Shown piece by piece: positions 8,122 to 15,883 of a DNA stretch of 17,318 nucleotides. Each line of letters starts with the position of its first letter. Position 1 is the first letter of the stretch. A program made the position numbers and the translations under genes. The stretch lies in the UHGV virus genome UHGV-0074612. One strand, 5' to 3'. This DNA comes from a virus. Below the pieces are notes generated by a model, which saw only the letters and a program-made list of their open reading frames with translations, searched no databases and was not told where the DNA came from.

Positions 8122-9204
8122 TTAGAACTGGTAAACCATACCTACAGCAACGATATCATCGGTAGCAACGCCAGATGCTTTCGTGAAATCGCTCTTATCA
8201 ATCAGGTTGATTTTGTAGTCAACAAAAGTGGACATATTTTTGTTGAAGTAATAGGTTGCACCTACATCAACATATTCAACCAGGTCCTGATCACCCCAAA
8301 CACCCAAGTCTTTTCCTTTAGAATGCAGGTAAGCAACGGATGGACGCAGGCCGAAGTCGAACTGATATTGTGCAACAGCTTCGAAGTTTTGTGCTTTGTT
8401 GGCAATATGGTTATTACCAAAAACAGTCATGTTCTGGGTTTCAGAATAGGTGGTGGCCAGATAGATGTTGTTCGCATCATATTTCAGACCAGCTGCCCAT
8501 ACTTCAGCATTTTGACCAGAAGCATTCAGACCGTTGTTACCGTAGATAACCTGATTATTAGTGCGATCAGATTTAGCATAGGTTGCACCCACGCCGAATC
8601 CTTCATACTCATAAGTAGTTGAGAAACCGAAACCATCGCCATTAGCTTCAGTTACTTCATTTCGGTCATTTTTGCCCTGATACTGAGCTGCAAAGTTCAG
8701 GCCATCAACCAGACCAAAGAAGTCGTTGTTACGATAAGTTGCAACACCTGTGGTGCGACCAGTCATGAATACATCTGTTTGGGTCCAGGTATCGCCACCG
8801 AATTCTGGCAGAACGTCGGTCCATGCACCGATGTCGTATGCTACACCGTAGTTACGGCCGTAATCGATGGAGCCGTAGTCACCGAATTTCAGGCCAGCGA
8901 AGGCAAGACGGGTTTTATCTTTGGAGGAACCTTGAGATTCAGCGCGGTTGCCTTTGAATTCATATTCCCACTGACCGAAACCAGTCAGTTGATCGTTGAT
9001 TTGGGTTTCACCTTTGAAGCCAAGACGGGCATAAGTAGTATCACCATCATCTGCATCATTAGAGGAGAAGTAGTGCTTAGCATTAACTTTCCCGTACAGA
9101 TCCAGCTTGTTACTGTCTTTATTATAAATTTCAGCTGCCTGAGCAGACATCGCCATCAGTACTGATGCAGCTACAGCAGAAATTGCCACTGTTAATTTTT
9201 TCAT
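8122..9204 (-). CDS. nmpC: OmpC/OmpF-family general porin, prophage-encoded (NmpC/Lc-like)
   Basis: 360-aa ORF with signal peptide [23 protein letters not shown] then AEIYNKD..., C-terminal VGMVYQF ending in Phe; located between Q and the holin on the opposite strand, as nmpC is in DLP12. Confidence 0.93.
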   Translation of the reverse strand: MKKLTVAISAVAASVLMAMSAQAAEIYNKDSNKLDLYGKVNAKHYFSSNDADDGDTTYARLGFKGETQINDQLTGFGQWEYEFKGNRAESQGSSKDKTRLAFAGLKFGDYGSIDYGRNYGVAYDIGAWTDVLPEFGGDTWTQTDVFMTGRTTGVATYRNNDFFGLVDGLNFAAQYQGKNDRNEVTEANGDGFGFSTTYEYEGFGVGATYAKSDRTNNQVIYGNNGLNASGQNAEVWAAGLKYDANNIYLATTYSETQNMTVFGNNHIANKAQNFEAVAQYQFDFGLRPSVAYLHSKGKDLGVWGDQDLVEYVDVGATYYFNKNMSTFVDYKINLIDKSDFTKASGVATDDIVAVGMVYQF

Positions 9205-9632
9205 CGTGAGCCCTTTTTTTTGAACTATTATTAAAAAATGATGTCACTGCGCGATAAATATTCATCTAATCAATGTGAATATTTCAAGATGTAAGTTTTG
9301 GTTTCTCGTTTGATTTGTGAAGTAGATCTCTATTTTTATCTGAACTTTTTTCTATCGAATCCTATTCATGGCTCTTGACTGAATAAAAATAAATCTATTA
9401 GCCAATTTATATTAATGGCTGTTATTTATAAGTGCTCTATAATTTGAAGGTTCAATTTAAATTGACTAAAAATAACGCTGGAAATTATTTGTTGGTTATT
9501 TGTTGAGATTTGCTTATGTATTTGTAGTGGTGTTTTCAATACTCGGTAGCATTCTCGCAAATATCATTTAGTGGTTTACGTACGTAAAAAATTGGTTATG
9601 CTGTTAAGAGTGGTTACTTCGTCACACAGCTT

Positions 9633-9666
9633 AAACCCGCCGTCGAGCGGGTTTTTCCATTTTTTG
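9633..9666 (+). terminator. Rho-independent terminator inside the porin-holin intergenic region (tR'-like)
   Basis: 8-bp stem AAACCCGC/GCGGGTTT (9633-9640/9647-9654), 6-nt loop, then TTCCATTTTTTG. No plus-strand gene ends upstream of it. Confidence 0.7.
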
Positions 9667-9777
9667 AGTCTCGATATTAGCTGATAACCCAATACCTGAG
9701 TTATTCACTGACTCCGAGTCTGTTACGTTTCGTAGTATTCCCTCAATTTACACCCGCTTTGTCTGCGAGGTGGGGTT

Positions 9778-9993
9778 ATGAAATCCATGGATAAGTTAAC
9801 AACGGGTGTCGCCTATGGCACCTCAGCAGGTAGTGCCGGGTACTGGTTTTTACAGCTGCTCGATAAAGTCACGCCCTCACAGTGGGCAGCAATAGGTGTG
9901 CTGGGTAGCCTGGTATTTGGCCTGCTGACGTACCTGACAAACCTTTATTTCAAGATTAAAGAAGATAAGCGCAAGGCTGCGAGAGGTGAATAA
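9778..9993 (+). CDS. Phage-21-type pinholin (S21/EssD-like) with dual start motif
   Basis: 71-aa [29 protein letters not shown]...; Met1/Met4 dual start, two TMDs, charged C-terminus; GAGGTGG upstream. Confidence 0.92.
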
Positions 9994-10490
9994 TGCCTCC
10001 ATCATTACGAAAAGCCGTTGCTGCTGCTATTGGTGGCGGAGCAATTGCTATAGCATCAGTGTTAATCACTGGCCCAAGTGGTAACGATGGTCTGGAAGGT
10101 GTCAGCTACATACCATACAAAGATATTGTTGGTGTATGGACTGTATGTCACGGGCATACAGGAAAAGACATCATGCTCGGTAAAACGTATACCAAAGCAG
10201 AATGCAAAGCCCTCCTGAATAAAGACCTTGCCACGGTCGCCAGACAAATTAACCCGTACATAAAAGTTGATATACCGGAAACAACGCGCGGCGCTCTTTA
10301 CTCGTTCGTTTACAACGTGGGCGCTGGCAATTTCAGAACATCGACACTTCTTCGCAAAATAAACCAGGGCGATATCAAAGGCGCATGTGATCAGCTACGT
10401 CGCTGGACATATGCTGGCGGTAAGCAATGGAAAGGTCTCATGACTCGTCGTGAGATTGAGCGTGAAATCTGTTTGTGGGGTCAGCAATGA
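9993..10490 (+). CDS. SAR endolysin (phage-21 R / RrrD-like lysozyme)
   Basis: 165-aa ORF with N-terminal Gly/Ala-rich signal-anchor-release segment [20 protein letters not shown] followed by a lysozyme domain; start overlaps the holin stop. Confidence 0.92.
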   Translation: MPPSLRKAVAAAIGGGAIAIASVLITGPSGNDGLEGVSYIPYKDIVGVWTVCHGHTGKDIMLGKTYTKAECKALLNKDLATVARQINPYIKVDIPETTRGALYSFVYNVGAGNFRTSTLLRKINQGDIKGACDQLRRWTYAGGKQWKGLMTRREIEREICLWGQQ

Positions 10491-10945
10491 ACAGAGTAAC
10501 CGCGATTATCTCCGCTCTGGTTATCTGCATCATCGTCTGCCTGTCATGGGCTGTTAATCATTACCGTGATAACGCCATTACCTACAAAGCCCAGCGCGAC
10601 AAAAATGCCAGAGAACTGGAGAAGGCGAACGCCACCATCGCTGACATGCGGAAGCGTCAACGTGATGTAGCAGAACTCGACGCAAGATACACAAAGGAGC
10701 TTGCTGATGCTAACGCGACTATCGAAAGTCTCCGTGCTGATGTTTCTGCTGGGCGTAAGCGCCTGCAAGTCGCCGCCACCTGTGCAAAGTCAACGACCGG
10801 AGCCAGCGGCATGGGCGATGGAGAAAGCCCAGGACTTACAGCAGATGCTGAACTCAATTATTACCGTCTCCGAAGTGGAATCGACAAGATAACCGCGCAG
10901 GTTAACTACCTGCAGGAATACATCAGGACGCAATGCCTGAAATAA
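10487..10945 (+). CDS. Spanin inner-membrane subunit Rz
   Basis: ATG at 10487 (ATGA overlap with endolysin stop) gives [21 protein letters not shown]..., an N-terminal TMD followed by a periplasmic coiled-coil-like region. Confidence 0.88.
   Translation: MNRVTAIISALVICIIVCLSWAVNHYRDNAITYKAQRDKNARELEKANATIADMRKRQRDVAELDARYTKELADANATIESLRADVSAGRKRLQVAATCAKSTTGASGMGDGESPGLTADAELNYYRLRSGIDKITAQVNYLQEYIRTQCLK
10701..10892 (+). CDS. Spanin outer-membrane lipoprotein Rz1, embedded in Rz in the +1 frame
   Basis: 63-aa ORF wholly inside Rz; signal peptide with lipobox VSAC followed by a proline-rich segment [13 protein letters not shown]. Confidence 0.8.
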   Translation: MLMLTRLSKVSVLMFLLGVSACKSPPPVQSQRPEPAAWAMEKAQDLQQMLNSIITVSEVESTR

Positions 10946-10976
10946 TTTTTTTGCAAATCACAAAGTCCATTTAATG

Positions 10977-11000
10977 AGCCTCGCGATGCGGGGCTTTTTG
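10977..11000 (+). terminator. Lysis-operon terminator 1
   Basis: 8-bp stem AGCCTCGC/GCGGGGCT (one G-U pair) with GAT loop then TTTTG. Confidence 0.55.
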
Positions 11001-11006
11001 CAATAA

Positions 11007-11031
11007 ATGCGTACCGCAACGCATGTTTTTT
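11007..11031 (+). terminator. Lysis-operon terminator 2
   Basis: 6-bp stem ATGCGT/ACGCAT, 6-nt loop, followed by GTTTTTT. Confidence 0.6.
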
Positions 11032-11146
11032 ACACCGAACCTGCCCCTTTGGAATGGGCCTTTGAGGATACCAGTTAGTGCTGGCGAGCCTCGGTGGGCT
11101 GGTTTCCTGTGCGGCAAAGGTTCATTTCAAAGAGTAGGTACACGCT

Positions 11147-11644
11147 ATGAAATCATTAACCCTCTTCAATCAACCAATTCGTATCGGTGAAGATGGCATG
11201 ATCTGCCTCACTGATATGTGGAAAGCCAGTGGTAAAAGTGAATCTGAATCGCCTTACCACTACCTGCGAAACAAGCAGACCAAAGAGTTCTTAGCCGAGC
11301 TGGAGAAAAACCACGAATCTGTGGTTTTTACTGAGCGCGGTGTACACGGTGGAACATATGGCGGGAAGTTTGTTGCTTACGATTATGCGGCTTGGTTAAA
11401 CCCCGGGTTCAAGTACGCGGCCTATAAAGTCCTCGATGACTACTTCACCGGAGAACTTCAGCATCGCAACAGCTTAAGTGCGCAGCTCAACATGAAATGT
11501 CATGAGTTTGACCAGAAGAAAGACATGGCGAGCTTCTGCGGACAAGGGCTGGCAGCATGGCGCTATACGAAGCCAGTGTTGGTCGCTGAGATTAACTCCC
11601 TGGCTAACCAGCTGCAGATTACGATCCCCGGGCTTCCGGGATGA
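11147..11644 (+). CDS. KilA-N/Bro-N-like domain protein (165 aa)
   Basis: N-terminal FNQPIRIGEDGMICLTDMWKASGK fits the KilA-N pattern (F..IR...DG..........A.G) by eye. Confidence 0.65.
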   Translation: MKSLTLFNQPIRIGEDGMICLTDMWKASGKSESESPYHYLRNKQTKEFLAELEKNHESVVFTERGVHGGTYGGKFVAYDYAAWLNPGFKYAAYKVLDDYFTGELQHRNSLSAQLNMKCHEFDQKKDMASFCGQGLAAWRYTKPVLVAEINSLANQLQITIPGLPG

Positions 11645-11910
11645 GTGATCGTGTCATTGAATGCGCCTCCAGAGCGGGGCGCGACTTCTCAGAGTTCATG
11701 AAAGGCGAGAAGGGCATGATGGAAGCATTGGCCTCGGTGGATGAGTTTGGCGAGCAGCTGCGCCTCAACGGCTGTGTCAATCATCACTTTGTTAGCTACA
11801 TGATGCGGAACTCGATCATGCAGGCATTCATGGACATGGCAAAAGCCGAGAGGAAAGAAGAGCGCCGGCGTAAGCGAGCGGAAGCAAAAGCAAAAGCAAA
11901 AGTGAAGTAG
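11641..11910 (+). CDS. Hypothetical protein (89 aa) with Lys/Arg/Ala/Glu-rich C-terminal tail
   Basis: ATGA overlap with the stop of the KilA-N-like gene; C-terminus AKAERKEERRRKRAEAKAKAKVK. Confidence 0.6.
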   Translation: MSDRVIECASRAGRDFSEFMKGEKGMMEALASVDEFGEQLRLNGCVNHHFVSYMMRNSIMQAFMDMAKAERKEERRRKRAEAKAKAKVK

Positions 11911-11947
11911 CCATTACAAAGCCCATTTACGGGTGGGCTTGATAATG
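11911..11947. repeat. Hairpin-containing element, copy A
   Basis: CCATTACAAAGCCCATTTACGGGTGGGCTTGATAATG immediately after the TAG of the 89-aa gene; stem AAGCCCA/TGGGCTT (11919-11925/11934-11940). Confidence 0.5.
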
Positions 11948-12134
11948 AAACCGGAATTTATTCTGGGCCACCAGTTAACGGCAGTACCACGAAACAACCC
12001 AAGCCAGTAAGTGGGGAAATAACACCGGCAGCCACTGAAAGATGAACCTCCTGCCTTATGGCAAAAAAGATTCTTTGTGGTGGCGGACTGATGGAAAGAC
12101 ATCCTAATTTCAGCCAAACATTGAAGGAGTTGTT

Positions 12135-12206
12135 ATGTCAGCAGAAGGTTTCAATAACCCATCAAAATTCCGGGATGAGTGGGATAGCAGCGTAAAGAGT
12201 AAGTGA
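12135..12206 (+). CDS. Candidate 23-aa ORF MSAEGFNNPSKFRDEWDSSVKSK
   Basis: AAGGAG Shine-Dalgarno 6 nt upstream of the ATG; stop immediately precedes copy B of the hairpin element. Confidence 0.3.
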   Translation: MSAEGFNNPSKFRDEWDSSVKSK

Positions 12207-12207
12207 T

Positions 12208-12249
12208 GCCATCACAAAAGCCATTCCCTACAGAGTGGCTTTGATAATG
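12208..12249. repeat. Hairpin-containing element, copy B
   Basis: GCCATCACAAAAGCCATTCCCTACAGAGTGGCTTTGATAATG; shares the CCAT(Y)ACAAA(A)GCC ... GGCTT(T)GATAATG framework with copy A, with base changes that still pair in the stem. Confidence 0.5.
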
Positions 12250-12264
12250 GCTTATACCCTACAC

Positions 12265-12290
12265 GGGATAACTTAACTGATATCCCTTTT
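12265..12290 (+). terminator. Possible intrinsic terminator
   Basis: Stem GGGATA/TATCCC (12265-12270/12281-12286), 10-nt loop, then TTTT. Confidence 0.4.
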
Positions 12291-12498
12291 AAAGGATAAA
12301 GGCATTCAAGCCTGACACATCATGCGCTGTATCGTCGCCGTATTCCCGTATTAACAGAGACCGTAGCCCGACGGGGAACTCCTTCTGCGCGAGTGTGCGG
12401 GAATAATCAAAAACGATGCACACCGGGGTTACCGGGTACACATATTTCATCATGCCAGCGAGTCCGGTTCTGGCACGGAAGAAACCGGACGTTATGAT

Positions 12499-12909
12499 TT
12501 AGTGCGGAAATATTTGTGTAGTGTTCTGAATGTTCTCAGTAAAGAGTAATGAATTATCAAAGGTATAGTAATACCTTTTGTTTTCGTGGATATTTGTAAT
12601 CCATCTGAAAACCCCTGCTGTAGCAAGATTTTTCCTGTATTCGTAAAATGATAACTCTCCTGATTTGAATCCTTTTAAGGTGGCTTCTATAAGGCATTTA
12701 TTTTTTGAAAATCTTACATTTACAACCTTACCCTGTCCTTTTATTAAAACCGTATTATCGTTTTCAAGAACAAGATGAATATTCTCTGTGGCTAAATAGT
12801 AAATGTAATGTGAGACATTGTGACGTTTTAGTTCAGAATAAAACCAGTGATAGTTTAAATTATTTCGCACTTTATCGAATATTTGTTTAAAAATGGCAAC
12901 CTGAGCCAT
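12499..12909 (-). CDS. YbcV-like (DUF1398-like) protein, 136 aa, AT-rich
   Basis: Track ORF 12499..12924; ATG at 12909 preceded by GAAGGT gives [17 protein letters not shown]..., matching my recollection of DLP12 YbcV and its 136-aa length. Gene is markedly AT-rich relative to its flanks. Confidence 0.75.
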   Translation of the reverse strand: MAQVAIFKQIFDKVRNNLNYHWFYSELKRHNVSHYIYYLATENIHLVLENDNTVLIKGQGKVVNVRFSKNKCLIEATLKGFKSGELSFYEYRKNLATAGVFRWITNIHENKRYYYTFDNSLLFTENIQNTTQIFPH

Positions 12910-12966
12910 TGTAGTACCTTCCATGTGATATGAGGGGGCGTAGTCTGCACGATTATCTAAATTGCT

Positions 12967-13200
12967 TCAATCTGGTCTAACCTGTTTTCTGAGCAATTCA
13001 GTAATGTCACTCTTTTCTTTGTTTGCTTCAGGCGAAACTCTTTTTTCTGAGCACAGTCTCCGGCGGCAGGCTTCAATGACCCAGGCTGAGAAATTCCCGG
13101 ACCCTTTTTGAACAAGAGCGATGTTAATTTGTTCAATCATTTGGTTAGGAAAGCGGATGTTGCGGGTTGTTGTTCTGCGGGTTCTGTTCTTCGTTGACAT
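12967..13200 (-). CDS. YlcI-like small protein with putative ribbon-helix-helix fold (77 aa)
   Basis: Co-directional and 42 bp upstream of the YbcV-like gene; basic N-terminus then RNIRFPNQMIEQINIALVQKGSGNFSAWVIEACRRRL, which reads like a strand-helix-helix unit. Confidence 0.6.
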   Translation of the reverse strand: MSTKNRTRRTTTRNIRFPNQMIEQINIALVQKGSGNFSAWVIEACRRRLCSEKRVSPEANKEKSDITELLRKQVRPD

Positions 13201-13379
13201 GAGGTTGCCCCGTATTCAGTGTCGCTGATTTGTATTGTCTGAAGTTGTTTTTACGTTAAGTTGATGCAGATCAATTAATACGATACCTGCGTCATAATTG
13301 ATTATTTGACGTGGTTTGATGGCGTAGATGCACGTTGTGACATGTAGATGATAATTATTATCATTTTGCGGGTCCTTTC

Positions 13380-13445
13380 CGGCGATCCGACAGGTTACGG
13401 GGCGGAAGGCGCGCGGGTTTTCGCTATTTATGAAAATTTTCCGGG
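13380..13445. other. cos site region with cosN-like 12-mer at 13400-13411
   Basis: GCGATCCGACAGGTTACG + GGGCGGAAGGCG + CGCGGGTTTTCGCTATTTATGAAAATTTTCCGG; both flanks match the lambda right and left ends as I recall, but the 12-mer differs from lambda GGGCGGCGACCT at its last six positions. Confidence 0.65.
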
Positions 13446-13508
13446 GAAAATCATGTCGGTACTTCTCGAACATAACTATTTGTTTTTTCTAATATCGAAT
13501 CCGTAAAA

Positions 13509-13563
13509 GGTCCGACATGAAAACGCCTAAAAAAGTCATTTTCGGGCACTTTCATGTCGGACC
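13509..13563. repeat. Perfect 14-bp inverted repeat with 27-bp A-rich spacer, in cosB position
   Basis: GGTCCGACATGAAA (13509-13522) and TTTCATGTCGGACC (13550-13563); sits between the cosN-like site and the Nu1-like start codon at 13588. Confidence 0.7.
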
Positions 13564-13587
13564 CTGTGTTTGTTGTTAGACTGTTTC

Positions 13588-13704
13588 ATGAAGGTTAATA
13601 AAAAGAAACTTGCCGAAATTTTCAACGTGGATCCGCGAACGATTGAACGCTGGCAGTCTCAGGGACTCCCTTGCGTCTCCGGAGGTGGCAGCGGGCCATC
13701 ATGA
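13588..13704 (+). pseudogene. Terminase small subunit (Nu1/gp1-like), N-terminal 38-codon stub
   Basis: [38 protein letters not shown] then stop; resembles the Nu1 N-terminal DNA-binding segment (lambda MEVNKKQLADIFGASIRTIQNWQEQGMPVLRGGG). The frame ends where terminase A homology begins. Confidence 0.75.
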
Positions 13705-14570
13705 ATGCGATGGGCAGTGACTACATCCGCGAGGTGAATGTGGTGAAGTCTGCCCGTGTTGGTTATTCCAAAATGCTGCTGGGTGTTTATGCCTACTTCA
13801 TAGAGCATAAGCAGCGCAACACCCTTATCTGGTTGCCGACGGATGGTGATGCCGAGAACTTTATGAAAACCCACGTTGAGCCGACTATTCGTGATATTCC
13901 GTCGCTGCTGGCGCTGGCCCCGTGGTATGGCAAAAAGCACCGGGATAACACGCTCACCATGAAGCGTTTCACTAATGGGCGTGGCTTCTGGTGCCTGGGC
14001 GGTAAAGCGGCAAAAAACTACCGTGAAAAGTCGGTGGATGTGGCGGGTTATGATGAACTTGCTGCTTTTGATGATGATATTGAACAGGAAGGCTCTCCGA
14101 CGTTCCTGGGTGACAAGCGTATTGAAGGCTCGGTCTGGCCAAAGTCCATCCGTGGCTCCACGCCCAAAGTGAGAGGCACCTGCCAGATTGAGCGTGCAGC
14201 CAGTGAATCCCCGCATTTTATGCGTTTTCATGTTGCCTGCCCGCACTGCGGGGAGGAGCAGTATCTTAAATTTGGCGACAAAGAGACGCCGTTTGGCCTC
14301 AAATGGACGCCGGATGACCCCTCCAGCGTGTTTTATCTCTGCGAGCATAATGCCTGCGTCATCCGCCAGCAGGAGCTGGACTTTACTGATGCCCGTTATA
14401 TCTGCGAAAAGACCGGGATCTGGACCCGTGATGGCATTCTCTGGTTTTCGTCATCCGGTGAAGAGATTGAGCCGCCGGACAGTGTGACCTTTCACATCTG
14501 GACGGCGTACAGCCCGTTCACCACCTGGGTGCAGATTGTCAAAGACTGGATGAAGACGAAAGGGGATACC
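13689..14570 (+). pseudogene. Terminase large subunit A, internal fragment (about residues 58-350 of lambda gpA)
   Basis: Track ORF 13671..14630; [50 protein letters not shown]... through ...[14 protein letters not shown] is lambda gpA as I recall. It lacks the gpA N-terminus and C-terminal half; the frame then runs into J-derived sequence out of frame. Confidence 0.85.
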
Positions 14571-14571
14571 C

Positions 14572-15883
14572 GAACACGGCACTGGTCGGCGTGCAGGTGG
14601 ACTCGGAGCAGTTCGGCAGCCAGCAGGTGAGCCGTAATTATCATCTGCGCGGGCGCATTCTGCAGGTGCCGTCGAACTATAACCCGCAGACGCGGCAATA
14701 CAGCGGTATCTGGGATGGAACGTTTAAGCCAGCATACAGCAACAACATGGCCTGGTGTCTGTGGGATATGCTGACCCATCCGCGCTACGGCATGGGGAAA
14801 CGTCTTGGTGCAGCAGATGTGGATAAATGGACGCTGTATGTCATCGGCCAGTACTGCGACCAGTTGGTACCGAATGGTTTTGGCGGCACGGAGCCGCGCA
14901 TCACCTGTAATGCCTGGCTGACCACACAGCGTAAGGCGTGGGATGTGCTCAGTGATTTCTGCTCGGCGATGCGCTGTATGCCGGTATGGAACGGGCAGAC
15001 GCTGACGTTCGTGCAGGACCGACCATCAGATAAGGTGTGGACCTATAACCGCAGTAATGTGGTGATGCCGGATGATGGCGCGCCGTTCCGCTACAGCTTC
15101 AGCGCCCTGAAGGACCGCCATAATGCCGTTGAGGTGAACTGGATTGACCCGAACAACGGCTGGGAGACGGCGACAGAGCTTGTTGAAGATACGCAGGCCA
15201 TTGCCCGTTACGGTCGTAATGTCACGAAGATGGATGCCTTTGGCTGTACCAGCCGGGGGCAGGCACACCGCGCCGGGCTGTGGCTGATTAAAACGGAACT
15301 GCTGGAGACGCAGACCGTGGATTTCAGCGTGGGTGCTGAAGGGCTTCGCCATGTACCGGGCGATGTCATTGAAATCTGCGATGATGACTATGCCGGTATC
15401 AGCACCGGTGGTCGCGTGCTGGCGGTGAACAGCCAGACCCGGACGCTGACGCTCGACCGTGAAATCACGCTGCCATCTTCCGGCACCACGCTGATAAGCC
15501 TGGTTGACGGGCAGGGGAGTCCGGTCAGCGTGGAGGTTCAGTCCGTCACCGACGGACTTAAGGTGAAAGTGAACCGGGTTCCTGACGGCGTTGCAGAATA
15601 CAGTGTGTGGGGGCTGAAGTTGCCGACGTTGCGTCAGCGCCTGTTCCGCTGTGTGAGTATCCGTGAGAACGATGACGGCACGTATGCCATCACTGCCGTG
15701 CAGCATGTACCGGAAAAAGAAGCCATCGTGGATAACGGGGCGCACTTTGACGGCGACCAGAGCGGCACGGTGAATGATGTCACGCCGCCAGCGGTGCAGC
15801 ACCTGACTGCCGAAGTCACCGCAGACAGCGGGGAATATCAGGTGCTGGCGCGCTGGGACACGCCGAAGGTGGTGAAGGGGGTG
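14572..15883 (+). pseudogene. Tail tip protein J, internal fragment
   Basis: Track ORF 14591..16687 begins at a GTG inside J-like sequence ([28 protein letters not shown]...). J homology runs to ...[12 protein letters not shown]; the J N-terminal third and C-terminal receptor-binding region are absent. Confidence 0.85.

Noticed and set aside
8323-9165. Plus-strand ORFs 8323..8622, 8340..8549 and 8779..9165
   Set aside because: Antisense to the porin gene, which has a clear signal peptide and beta-barrel C-terminus.
10544-10857. Minus-strand ORFs inside Rz/Rz1
   Set aside because: Antisense to the spanin genes; the plus-strand embedded Rz1 frame has a lipobox and Pro-rich region.
11914-12117. 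67-aa minus-strand ORF
   Set aside because: Spans the hairpin-element region with no Shine-Dalgarno; composition looks non-coding.
12705-12890. 61-aa plus-strand ORF
   Set aside because: Antisense to the YbcV-like gene; no ribosome-binding site.
13216-13473. 85-aa minus-strand ORF
   Set aside because: It runs straight through the cos region (cosN-like site and conserved cos flanks), which is non-coding in lambdoid phages; likely a chance open frame.
13659-14348. 229-aa minus-strand ORF
   Set aside because: Antisense to the terminase A fragment, whose plus-strand frame matches gpA residue by residue.
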